A stretch of 64,000 nt of DNA from Paramoeba atlantica (taxonomy: Eukaryota > Protista > Discosea): positions 186,001-250,000 of the forward strand of contig CDRNVI010000059.1 in NCBI GenBank assembly GCA_977017575.1, written 5' to 3'. This document shows, one piece after another, positions 55,073 to 64,000 of the stretch. The position numbers and the translations under genes were made by a program. Position 1 is the first letter of the stretch. Every line of letters starts with the position of its first letter. Under the pieces are notes generated by a model. The model searched no databases and had not been told where the DNA came from. It was given only the letters and a program-made list of their open reading frames with translations.

Positions 55073-57067
55073 ATGTATGTGCGAAAAAAGCACACGAAAC
55101 AGAAACGGATGCTACTGCGATCCTTATACAACTTTTCTTCTCTCACACCTTTTTTACAAAGGCACCGCAAAGTAGTTGTACAACTTCCCGAAGACCTTCT
55201 GCCCTATGCCCTCCTAATTCAAGAACTAATTAAAGAAGAGTGGAACCATAGTCCTCAGAACGAAACTCGCTGTGCTAAAGCTGGGTCGTTAGGAGCATGT
55301 GGCATGACATGTGCTTGCACTCCTAACACGGACGAACAGGGTGTCGCACTAAATACACTGGACGAACTAGCTTGTCCAAAGCCGAATGTTACCTGTATCA
55401 CCGAGAAGAAATCTTCCTGTGATCAAGGAAAATACGGAGCGCCGTCTATTGCGATTATGGCAGACACAACATTTACCTCATGTTGTCCCGATGAGGTATC
55501 CGCTGAACACCTTCCCGGGGTTGATGGAATTGTACACTTTGGAATGGATTGCGGGATTAAAACTTCCCGAATACCCATCCAGTATTGCAGACGAAGCTTC
55601 TCGTCTACGTTTCTTGCAAAATGGGAAAGCGTTTTAGAAAACGAGCTGAAGTCTGTATTTCATACTTTAGAGAGCTCTGAACAAACATCTGGGGATTTCA
55701 TTTCGAACGCAAAGGATGGCACAGCATCATTACGTATTTTGAGTATTGTTCTTGCTGCGGAGGCATATGAGCTCCTACCTATTATACGAACCGTAGCCAA
55801 CCAACTTGCGGATGAGGCCAAACAACTCGGATGGGAATTCATTGTCGGTTCTACCACTACAAATGAAACGACCCCAGAGGGTTTCGATACAATACGCCTG
55901 GGCGCACTTCAGATCCCTCTGAAGGCCTCGGTCTATTTCCTTGTCGACCCTACGCTATCCGATGGTTCCCACGTGGGTGCTCTCCACGGGGCTTCCGAGC
56001 GTACAACGATCTCCAATCCCGAATCCCACCCACTCTTTTTTCTTACCGGATTGCTCGCCACACACTACGGCGTCCCTCTCCACATCTGCTCGGTTCGTTT
56101 TCCTTCACACGTAAAGGACGAAGCCCGATGGGAGTCGTTCGTCTCTTCACCTACGGTGCCCAGCAATGACGGAGTAAAAAGTCTACTCCCTATTGATGAA
56201 TTACACAACACCACCGCGAAAATGAATCGTTCAAAACCATGGGCTTCACACGAAGAGCGTGTTGCTGTAAAATCAGCACGATCCAGCGATGCAGAATTGG
56301 ACCCCTGCCGACGTCGTGCGACCCAATCTGTCTATCTGCGTGCGAAACTGCGGTCCTCGCTTGCGGTAGGGATTGTGGTCCATACCCTCAGTGCGGTCGG
56401 GTCGAATCTTTTAATCCGCTACTTGTATGATGTGTTAAAACGAGCAGGCAAGCGCCCGTACGTGTTGTATACGGGACGTCTTAATGTGCCGAAACTGGCC
56501 AATTTTACCGCCGATTTAGATCTCTGTGTGCTGGTGGGGTGTGCGTACCACGGCGTAATGAGCTGTTCACAATCCAGGGAGTATCCGATACCTGTTCTCA
56601 CCCCGATGGAGGTGTGCACGGGATTATTTGTGGATAACTACCCGGAATTAAACGTTTGTATGGGAAGTGAGGTAGATCCTGCGTTCCTGTCCCGCACAAA
56701 CGATGATTCGCCCCTTTTTGAATCTGCCCCTGTGCCCACACTTCCACTGATTCCCTATGCGCTGCGTTGGTTTCGACACGCCTATGAAAAGCTGGGCATG
56801 TCAAAGCTGGAGGAAGACACATCGAATGTGGTAACAGGAGGAAACTGTTCGTCACAAAATATCCTTTCGCGAGGGAATAAGTCTTCCGCACTAACAGTGG
56901 CCCCTGCACTCTCACTTTCGACAATAACACGTTGGCACTCGCGCAGCTACAAGGGGTTAGACCCACAAGTGGGGCAGACGCCTGTACAGGCAGAGATTTC
57001 AGAGGGCATGAGTGGGATACCCAGCGTTTACGACCATGAGAAGAGCGAGGAAACAGCATTGCAGTAA
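55073..57067 (+). CDS. DPH2: diphthamide biosynthesis protein 2
   Basis: VVVQLPEDLL, IMADTTFTSCCPDEVSAEH...IVHFG, GRLNVPKLANF, LTPMEV, and C-terminal RSYKGLDP...EG.SGI...YD.E. Confidence 0.85.
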   Translation: MYVRKKHTKQKRMLLRSLYNFSSLTPFLQRHRKVVVQLPEDLLPYALLIQELIKEEWNHSPQNETRCAKAGSLGACGMTCACTPNTDEQGVALNTLDELACPKPNVTCITEKKSSCDQGKYGAPSIAIMADTTFTSCCPDEVSAEHLPGVDGIVHFGMDCGIKTSRIPIQYCRRSFSSTFLAKWESVLENELKSVFHTLESSEQTSGDFISNAKDGTASLRILSIVLAAEAYELLPIIRTVANQLADEAKQLGWEFIVGSTTTNETTPEGFDTIRLGALQIPLKASVYFLVDPTLSDGSHVGALHGASERTTISNPESHPLFFLTGLLATHYGVPLHICSVRFPSHVKDEARWESFVSSPTVPSNDGVKSLLPIDELHNTTAKMNRSKPWASHEERVAVKSARSSDAELDPCRRRATQSVYLRAKLRSSLAVGIVVHTLSAVGSNLLIRYLYDVLKRAGKRPYVLYTGRLNVPKLANFTADLDLCVLVGCAYHGVMSCSQSREYPIPVLTPMEVCTGLFVDNYPELNVCMGSEVDPAFLSRTNDDSPLFESAPVPTLPLIPYALRWFRHAYEKLGMSKLEEDTSNVVTGGNCSSQNILSRGNKSSALTVAPALSLSTITRWHSRSYKGLDPQVGQTPVQAEISEGMSGIPSVYDHEKSEETALQ

Positions 57068-57349
57068 GATGAAAGAAGACGTACGTACTGTACGCACTGT
57101 ATGTAAGAAATCGATGCCAAAAGATTATTGTTATAAGAAAATAACACGAAAGCCGAAATACTTATATTTGATATTTGGGCCGCAGTTTTGTACACTTTTG
57201 CGAAATTTATAGCGCCATCTTTAGTATTTCATCGCTCTCCTGCTTCATTTGCCTCTCTAAGCGTAGTCACCTTTCGCCCACTCTCGACCATTCACCTCTC
57301 CTTATCATTTCCAAATCTATCCTCAACGAACCCCCCCAAAAAAAGGAAC

Positions 57350-58819
57350 ATGTCGCCCCCCACCCCTACCCTCTTAACTGAAATCCAACACGGACACGAT
57401 GCCGGGATTAGCTATGTGAAGTTCGTCTCTCTGCGCCCCAACGCACCTCTTTCCTATGACGCTCTACTCGTCACCTCTCTTGATGGCACGGTGTCAATAT
57501 GGGAACGCGGTCCCGCTGCTTCAGCCTCTGGGCGGTCTTCCCATAAAAACATGCCTTCTTTTTCCTGTCTCACACGATGGGGAGCGCCCTCGGAGGGTTT
57601 AGGCCCTTCTCATGAGGAACAGGAGCGCAGTATGATTAACTGTGCGTGTTGGTTAACCCCGACAGTATGCTCTCCAGGTTCTCTCCTGTTGGGATGGGAG
57701 ACCGGGGCGATTTCTCAAATCGTTTTTACCGGAACGACCCTTTCAGAAATCTCAAAAAAGATTTTGTGGCATTCCCCTGAAGATGGAGGGGTGAATGCGA
57801 TCACAAAGGTATTGGATCTCAACGCGTGGTTCAATCCTAATCCTCAAGATGGAAATCCGGATCCTCGAATCAGGGATTGGTATTGTTTCGGTACCGAGAA
57901 CGGGCGGGTGGGGATTTTAGATCCCCGCAGACCGCACGCGTTGCTCGCCTCGATTCAACTTGCATCGGACATTACCTCACTTTGTGTGATGCCGCTTAAC
58001 GAGAAGATGAGAGAAAAACAGGAAGACCAAAGGTTTGAATTTTCACAAACGGGTCTCTTGTTTGTGGGAGAGGGCTCGGGGACGTTGTCTTGTTGGGCTT
58101 CACCCCTTCTGAGTGGGAATGATCTTAAAAAAGAAAGAGGGGAGCCGAGGGAGGTGGTTGGCTCCGATGGAATTGAGCTGAAACAAGTGAAGCTACACAC
58201 GGACGAGACGGAGTACGGTATTGGGATCAATGGAATGGTAGGTTTGCCTGTTGAAGCGTGGGATGAAAAATTAAGCTGTGTAGAAACAAAGGAACGCCAT
58301 ACACAGGGTGGATTTAGGAGTCCTCAAGCAGGCAGTGTGGCTCGACTGCTGCTGTATTATGGTACTTCATGTGAAATTCGGGAGCTTCGTAAGATGGATC
58401 CTCTAAAAATTGGACTGGAGTGTGATGATGCTTCAATGGCAGATTTTGGCCTTGAATTACGTTCCACCGATGCTCGGCTATGTAGTGCACATGATGCATC
58501 GAGAGCACATAGCGACTACGTACGTTCCTGTGTCCGTGTAAACGATTCTAAAGGGTGTTGCTTGCTAACTTCTGGCGATGATGGGCGAATCTCTGCATGG
58601 TCGTACTCTACGAAAACTGTGAGATCTTTTTACAAAGATGACTGTAACGAAACTTGGCCATTGTTTGAATTAGCGGCTGATCAGGATCCCATAATGACTA
58701 TCGATGCCATAGTCAACACACCCACGCATGAACGTCGGGAAGGAAATAACTCTGAAGCAATTGTTTTTGTCAGTGGTTCAGAGGGTCCCTTTCTACGAGT
58801 GTGGGAGTGGCCTTCATAG
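57350..58819 (+). CDS. WD40 repeat protein
   Basis: GHDAGISYVKF...TSLDGTVSIWE; AHSDYVRSC...TSGDDGRISAW; VSGSEGPFLRVWEW. First ATG at 57350. Confidence 0.8.
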   Translation: MSPPTPTLLTEIQHGHDAGISYVKFVSLRPNAPLSYDALLVTSLDGTVSIWERGPAASASGRSSHKNMPSFSCLTRWGAPSEGLGPSHEEQERSMINCACWLTPTVCSPGSLLLGWETGAISQIVFTGTTLSEISKKILWHSPEDGGVNAITKVLDLNAWFNPNPQDGNPDPRIRDWYCFGTENGRVGILDPRRPHALLASIQLASDITSLCVMPLNEKMREKQEDQRFEFSQTGLLFVGEGSGTLSCWASPLLSGNDLKKERGEPREVVGSDGIELKQVKLHTDETEYGIGINGMVGLPVEAWDEKLSCVETKERHTQGGFRSPQAGSVARLLLYYGTSCEIRELRKMDPLKIGLECDDASMADFGLELRSTDARLCSAHDASRAHSDYVRSCVRVNDSKGCCLLTSGDDGRISAWSYSTKTVRSFYKDDCNETWPLFELAADQDPIMTIDAIVNTPTHERREGNNSEAIVFVSGSEGPFLRVWEWPS

Positions 58820-59025
58820 GTAAAACAACAAAACGACGACTAGGATAGTACTCTGCTGAAAATTTTCCTCAGTGCATTCTTTAAACACACCTTTAATTAA
58901 AACTCCCTTTCTTTTACCAAAACGGTGTTTTTTTAAAAACCTTTTTTATATCATCTACAACCATCTTATTTTTTTGGTCTTTTGAAGTATCTTACCACAA
59001 ACTTTATTTCCCCGAAACTTTTTCA

Positions 59026-59394
59026 ATGCTGTGGTCGGTAGTGCAATCAGTCTTCGGTTGGTACGATGTGGCGAATGGGAACCCAAAAGAGATTCCTGTA
59101 AATTACGTCTTCTCCAACGGATATCACAGTTCTCAGTCCATAGCTGTTTCGAATACTGTCCCGACACAACTTCGTACCTTTCCACGAACTCCCAGTCTTG
59201 CGCGTTCTTCGTCGCTCTTTACACTTGAACGACAACCTTCTACGGGACTCTTGCATTCACCCCTCCCTCTGGCACCCGGGGAGAGTTACCTGACCCCCCA
59301 CCGTTACTTGTGGTTTTGTTATGGATCAAACGTGCTGCTTTCGCTTTTTGCAATGCTTTTCATTGCATTTGTGCGGAACTTGTTTTTTGGATAA
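59026..59394 (+). CDS. hypothetical tail-anchored membrane protein
   Basis: 122-aa ATG ORF ending in a hydrophobic helix (VLLSLFAMLFIAFV), co-directional. Confidence 0.5.
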   Translation: MLWSVVQSVFGWYDVANGNPKEIPVNYVFSNGYHSSQSIAVSNTVPTQLRTFPRTPSLARSSSLFTLERQPSTGLLHSPLPLAPGESYLTPHRYLWFCYGSNVLLSLFAMLFIAFVRNLFFG

Positions 59395-59599
59395 GGGACG
59401 CCTTGGGTTATCATTCAGAAACCTTTGTTACTTAAATCCTTCGGTGGATTCACAGGGATTTTATTGGAGCGAAGGAGAAGCGCATTTTTCGTAATAAAGA
59501 TGTATATGATACGACTATATATATTGTACGTATACGGGCTATAAAACCTTTTCTCATTTCCGTTTTTCGATATTCAAAACTCATTCTTCCTCCGGATGG

Positions 59600-59900
59600 T
59601 CACTGGCAAACCAAACGCTTCACAGACAGATTTGGAAGTTTCGAGACGTACGTCCTCTACCAGTTTCCGCTTGTCCAAGTCGGCACAACGCGTTGTTTCC
59701 AAACTCTGGGTCGACCAATCGTACGTCATCACGGCTTACCCAAGAGGTGTAAGCCGTGCAAGGGAGCTGGTTCCCTAAGGGGGGTCGGTCTTCCGAGTAC
59801 TGGCCAAGACGGATCTCGACCCAGCCTCTTAGAGTGAGGCCGCCAGGTATTATGCGGGAGGCGAGAGTCGAGGTTGCCGTCTGCTTCAAGTTCTTGCCCA
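59600..59900. ncRNA. candidate structured RNA (unclassified)
   Basis: GC-richer non-coding island with several stems, for example cacggcttac/gtaagccgtg (59730-39 / 59749-58), aggga/tccct, gcctc/gaggc, ctcgac/gtcgag. Confidence 0.25.
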
Positions 59901-60173
59901 CTTACTTGAGGGGCCGCGGGTGGGGGTCAAAACGAGATCATGATACACGAAAAAGACCGAATAATAACCACTCACGCGCGAAATACTTTTTTATATAGTC
60001 GTGAAATCACGCGAGATCATACTTAATCAAGAGCTGACGTGAATGAAAGTACTATGAAAGTAATATGTAGACGCGTCCTTGATCTCACAAAATTGTTTCA
60101 GAATATTACATTGTAACTGCTTCAATTGTATCTAGCAGACATTGACTGGTTTCGCTTCCTCTTTGTCCATTCG

Positions 60174-61016
60174 ATGCACTTAATCCCCACTCCAGATATT
60201 CCACGTGTGGTACGCGCGGGTAAGGTACGTGGAAATCTTGCTCAGGAATATCAACTGGAACGATGTGTACATAATCTTACACAGCGGCACCAGTCCTGGA
60301 CTTCAGAGACCCCTGCTTGTATGTGGTACGGTGTGAGTTGTCGCCACGGGGATGTTTATGTTATTGAATGGAATCATGAAAAACTACGAGGCATACTTGA
60401 CTTCTCGGCCTTACCTGTCTCCGCTGTGGGTTTCCAGTGTAAAGAAAATCATCTTACGGGTCCCCTTTCCCTCGTTGAATTTCCTCCTTCTCTTTTAGAA
60501 CTTAACGTTGCCGTTAATCAGCTCTCAGGTGGTTTAGACATGGGAGAACTTTGGTCAAAGATTACATTCTTTGAGGCGCAGGTAAATACAATGTCGGGAC
60601 TGTTGGATTTTACACAAATACCTCCCGATTTGTGGGAAATGCGTCTTGCATGGAATGGATTCTATGGTAATTTAGATTTCACAACTTATCGGATACCGCG
60701 AAATCTGAGAGTTTTGGATCTTTCACAGAATAAATTTCGTGGCACGCTTTGCTTGAAAGGCTTATGGGCGCCCGATCTTCAATTATCAGTGCAGGGCAAT
60801 TCCTTGATTAAACATTTTGATGTCAGACAAGTGAATATCGCTCTGCTTACCGTAGACAGAAAAATGAAGTTGCTTGATGTCCCCCGCTTCTCACCAGTAG
60901 TTATAAAGTACGTCCCCCGCAGTAAATCACGACCGACTTCAAGATCTATATCTACTGATCCTCATGGCCTGTCAAAACGAACGTGCATGTCAGTTGCATG
61001 TCTACTCTATGTATGA
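60174..61016 (+). CDS. LRR family protein
   Basis: RAGKVRGNLAQEY leader, CMWYGVSC cap, LDLSQNKFRGTLCL repeats. Confidence 0.85.
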   Translation: MHLIPTPDIPRVVRAGKVRGNLAQEYQLERCVHNLTQRHQSWTSETPACMWYGVSCRHGDVYVIEWNHEKLRGILDFSALPVSAVGFQCKENHLTGPLSLVEFPPSLLELNVAVNQLSGGLDMGELWSKITFFEAQVNTMSGLLDFTQIPPDLWEMRLAWNGFYGNLDFTTYRIPRNLRVLDLSQNKFRGTLCLKGLWAPDLQLSVQGNSLIKHFDVRQVNIALLTVDRKMKLLDVPRFSPVVIKYVPRSKSRPTSRSISTDPHGLSKRTCMSVACLLYV

Positions 61017-61513
61017 GGTAACCCATCACAAACACCCATCACGAACCCCACACTCATGATCGGCCGTTTCAGGTCCACTGGGCGGTTGGTTCAGTGTGGT
61101 GTCTCCAACTTCGAAAATAGGTTCCCCAGTAACCAGCCGTCCTTCCCCGCACATGCTAAATTTTTACCCAAACACACAGCAGCAATGTAGAGTTCCATAA
61201 AGTTAGCTATTAGTATACAAGCGGTCCGAAGCATTTTTCATTTAATTAAGTATATTATAGTACAGTGTAAGCTTAGTATGTATTGAAATGAAGTAATTGT
61301 ATACATTGCGTAGTTCGGTACATTGTATACCCCATCTAGGGGGATGTACCCCCTAGTTATGTTAGCAGTTAGATAATTGTTGTAAATGCATGTGCCTGAT
61401 TGCAAATTTAATTCTAATTTCCTTGCATGTGATTACGTAAATGGATTCTTCAAAATCCATTTTAACTATTTGAGTTTTTAGGTGCACCCGTCGACCCTTA
61501 TCCATTACAATAA

Positions 61514-61875
61514 ATGTGTTGCATTTTCTTCAATACAGCTGACTCATCAGTTCGATCAGGAAAAGTGCGAAGAGCTCTTTTACCTCAGGAGTTCACTCTC
61601 GCGCAGCTCGTACAGGATATCACCACCTCCGAAGCGTCCTGGACTACTTCCGCTCCTGCATGTGAATGGTCGTACGTGAAGTGTAATGCTGAAAAGGAAG
61701 TAACTAGTTTGCCATGGTGCTTCAGTTTGTTTGCATCAGATTGTCCCACACTACAAGGAAAACTATCTTGGAAATACTTACCACGTACTTTGTTGTTTCT
61801 TGATGCTTCTTCGCAGTCTTTGAGAGGGCCCGTGGATCTTTCTGTTCTACCTCCGGAACTACAAGATTTCCAGAT
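61514..61875 (+). pseudogene. LRR family gene truncated by SL-headed insertion
   Basis: TADSSVRSGKVRRALLPQEF, CEWSYVKCN cap, first LRR ...LSVLPPELQDFQIQ. Family homology stops where the SL 20-mer starts. Confidence 0.85.
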
Positions 61876-61895
61876 ACAGTTTCTGTACCTTGTTG
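61876..61895 (+). other. spliced-leader 3' end relic ACAGTTTCTGTACCTTGTTG
   Basis: Identical to 4082-4101 (minus strand), followed by a second accttgttg and a pyrimidine tract. Confidence 0.8.
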
Positions 61896-61934
61896 ACCTT
61901 GTTGTCTCTTTTTTTCCCTACCCTTTACAACGAC

Positions 61935-64000
61935 ATGTTTTGCTTACTACTAGGGAAGGGCACACACCAGGCGTCGCAGGACTCTCCTAAGAGACCACGC
62001 GACGTGTCTAACCAAAACAAAAACCTGTCCCTGAAAGGCACTCCCACAGACAGGGTTGCAAAACCTGCTACCCGAACCGTCCAGGCTCTCATATCCCAAA
62101 AGAGCAATGAGTCCCTTACCAGCGACACAGGAGAAGCACCCCCAGCTCCATGCAAACATCCTTGTAAGGACAAAAGCACCTGCGGACACCCCTGTTGCAA
62201 GCGGGGTGTAACGCGGCCACATATCCTGGTCACTCCTCACACAAACGAACTTCCCCCTCACCCCGTCCCCCCCACCACACAACAAACGGTTCCGGAATGC
62301 AAACACCGCTGCAAGGACAAAGCTCACTGTGAACACCCATGCTGCAAACGACACCTGGTACGCGTAGCAAAACCGGATACGTACAACAATAAGAGAAGTG
62401 ACGCACCGGTGGATGCAAGAGAAGACGTGAAGGTGATCACGGCTGTGAGTGTAATGCCGGTACAACGTAGCACACCCTGTAAGCATGTCTGTAAAAACAA
62501 ACAGACCTGCGGGCACCCATGTTGCAAACGTAATCTTACACCAACAACATACGAACTCACGAGCACTACGGCGAGCGGTCAAGAATCCGGGCCCAAAGAA
62601 GCTCCAAGTACGCGACAAAGGGACGAAACGTCACCGCCATGCACGCGTGACCGCGTAACACAGGATGTGAAAGTACCGAAATCAAGCAACCTACTTGGCA
62701 TGGCAGCGCGAGCTGCAACACGATATCTGTTTTCAAGCCGCACTCAACCGTACGCTAACGGCACTCCCTCAACCCCGGCGGTAACCGTACGACCTCACAG
62801 CAGCACCGGACAGGATCGCTTGTCGTACACAATAGCACCCTGTCCAAAAGACGAACACGATTTACATGTACCCCCACCCAAGGAGGTTATTCCCCATCAA
62901 AAATCACCCACTGTTACCGTCGGTCGTGCCGTCGCATCAACTGCCTGCTCGCTTGCCAAATTCCTACTTTTCAACGGCGTTCCATGTCAAACTCCGGACT
63001 CCCAAAGCCTCCCCAAACCTAAATCTCAAACACAACTTCAGGTCCACGCCTTAACTAGCGTATGCAAGCATATCTGCAAGAGTAAAGATCAATGTAAGCA
63101 CGTGTGCTGCAAGCAAGGCCTAGGCCCCGCCTCCGAACAAGCAGACCGTGTCGAGCCCTGTAAGCATAAATGTAAGAACAAAGCAGGGTGCGGCCATCCT
63201 TGCTGCAAACGCACTGGCACACCGTTGACTTCGCTTGACACACCGATAAGCAAACTGGATGGGCAGGATACTCTACCCACCGGCCCATGTACCCTTCCCA
63301 AGAATCTCGTCACACCGTCCCTAAACGCAACCACTACGACAGCTGACCGTGCCGTTGCCAGGGAACCAACCATCCCGACTCCCAAAAACAAGGCACCGGA
63401 AAGTATCATTCTCTTGGTCTCATCTTCCCCAGCACACCAACACAGTCCGCGGAATGAGAATGGCGATGACGAAGTCCCATCCTGGGTTTTCCAACAAGCG
63501 CACAGCGTAGGGCGAATACAAAGCCCGCCGCTTGAACAAGGAAGCCTCTTACCCCCATCACAACTGGACACCCATTTACATTCGGACGAATCCGAGGGTC
63601 CCCAGATTCCCATACAAACTCCCGACAGCCCGTCACAGTATCTCCCGCCGCCCCAGGACCTCACGCATCCCGTAACCCATAACCGACACAAGCAACGTTT
63701 CCACTTTATCCAGTCCCGGTCAAAACCTGTCAAACTCCGCCTCGTCAACGACAACACATGGAGATATTTCCCGGATGTGCATGCAGCATGCGTAAGCCAA
63801 CTTGTGCGTAGTCGTATCCCTTCCCCCCAGGGGGCTGAAGCCGCCCTGTCCAAAGCGCTCAATGGGAAAAGTGCAGCACACGACATCGTCGTAGAAACGT
63901 GTACCGTAGACGAACTTATGGAAAAGAGAGCGTGTGACTTTTTAGAAGTTAGTAGAGTAGACTCAACAAGTCACATTTCTCGCCACGCGAACTGGGTATC
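61935..64000 (+). CDS. large ORF (at least 688 codons, runs off the window) with five CxHxCKxKxxCxHxCCK zinc-finger motifs
   Basis: Translated codon by codon from ATG 61935 with no stop to 64000, hence missing from the ORF track. Motifs start at 62151, 62298, 62478, 63063 and 63159. Confidence 0.85.
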   Translation, partial: MFCLLLGKGTHQASQDSPKRPRDVSNQNKNLSLKGTPTDRVAKPATRTVQALISQKSNESLTSDTGEAPPAPCKHPCKDKSTCGHPCCKRGVTRPHILVTPHTNELPPHPVPPTTQQTVPECKHRCKDKAHCEHPCCKRHLVRVAKPDTYNNKRSDAPVDAREDVKVITAVSVMPVQRSTPCKHVCKNKQTCGHPCCKRNLTPTTYELTSTTASGQESGPKEAPSTRQRDETSPPCTRDRVTQDVKVPKSSNLLGMAARAATRYLFSSRTQPYANGTPSTPAVTVRPHSSTGQDRLSYTIAPCPKDEHDLHVPPPKEVIPHQKSPTVTVGRAVASTACSLAKFLLFNGVPCQTPDSQSLPKPKSQTQLQVHALTSVCKHICKSKDQCKHVCCKQGLGPASEQADRVEPCKHKCKNKAGCGHPCCKRTGTPLTSLDTPISKLDGQDTLPTGPCTLPKNLVTPSLNATTTTADRAVAREPTIPTPKNKAPESIILLVSSSPAHQHSPRNENGDDEVPSWVFQQAHSVGRIQSPPLEQGSLLPPSQLDTHLHSDESEGPQIPIQTPDSPSQYLPPPQDLTHPVTHNRHKQRFHFIQSRSKPVKLRLVNDNTWRYFPDVHAACVSQLVRSRIPSPQGAEAALSKALNGKSAAHDIVVETCTVDELMEKRACDFLEVSRVDSTSHISRHANWV

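Noticed and set aside
59640-59760. Hammerhead ribozyme on the minus strand (tgatga ... gaaac)
   Set aside because: The core is GUGAUGA rather than CUGAUGA, and stem II does not abut GAAA.
63089-63886. 265-aa and other minus-strand Cys/Val-rich ORFs at 61925-63886
   Set aside because: Antisense shadows of the zinc-finger ORF on the + strand.

Overview
Eukaryotic, intron-less DNA. All recognisable host genes lie on the + strand, as in a kinetoplastid-type polycistronic cluster: mitochondrial IF2, SmB, RRP5, an ABC half-transporter, DBP4, ABITRAM, BCD1, GET4, DPH2, a WD40 protein, several hypotheticals and nine copies or relics of one LRR family. A 20-mer resembling the kinetoplastid spliced-leader (SL) 3' end occurs twice, so the host is inferred (not proven) to be a kinetoplastid, possibly Perkinsela/Ichthyobodo-like. 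Intergenic DNA is dense with mobile elements: several Tc1/IS630-like elements, pogo-like, hAT-like, Merlin-like and PIF-like elements, MITEs, CRE-like and R2/NeSL-like non-LTR relics, and a decayed bacterial-type IS30 transposase. Best leads: (1) a complete pogo-like transposon (49066-52016, perfect 25-bp TIRs, TA TSD) whose DDD transposase is one base away from fusion to a Ulp1/SENP-type protease; (2) insertions that start exactly with the SL 3' end, suggesting retroposed trans-spliced mRNAs; one of them heads an ORF of at least 688 codons, absent from the ORF track, with five Mer3/HFM1-type zinc fingers; (3) the IS30 relic; (4) C-rich to G-rich skew flips recurring roughly every 9-10 kb. All family assignments come from motif recognition by eye; no searches were run.
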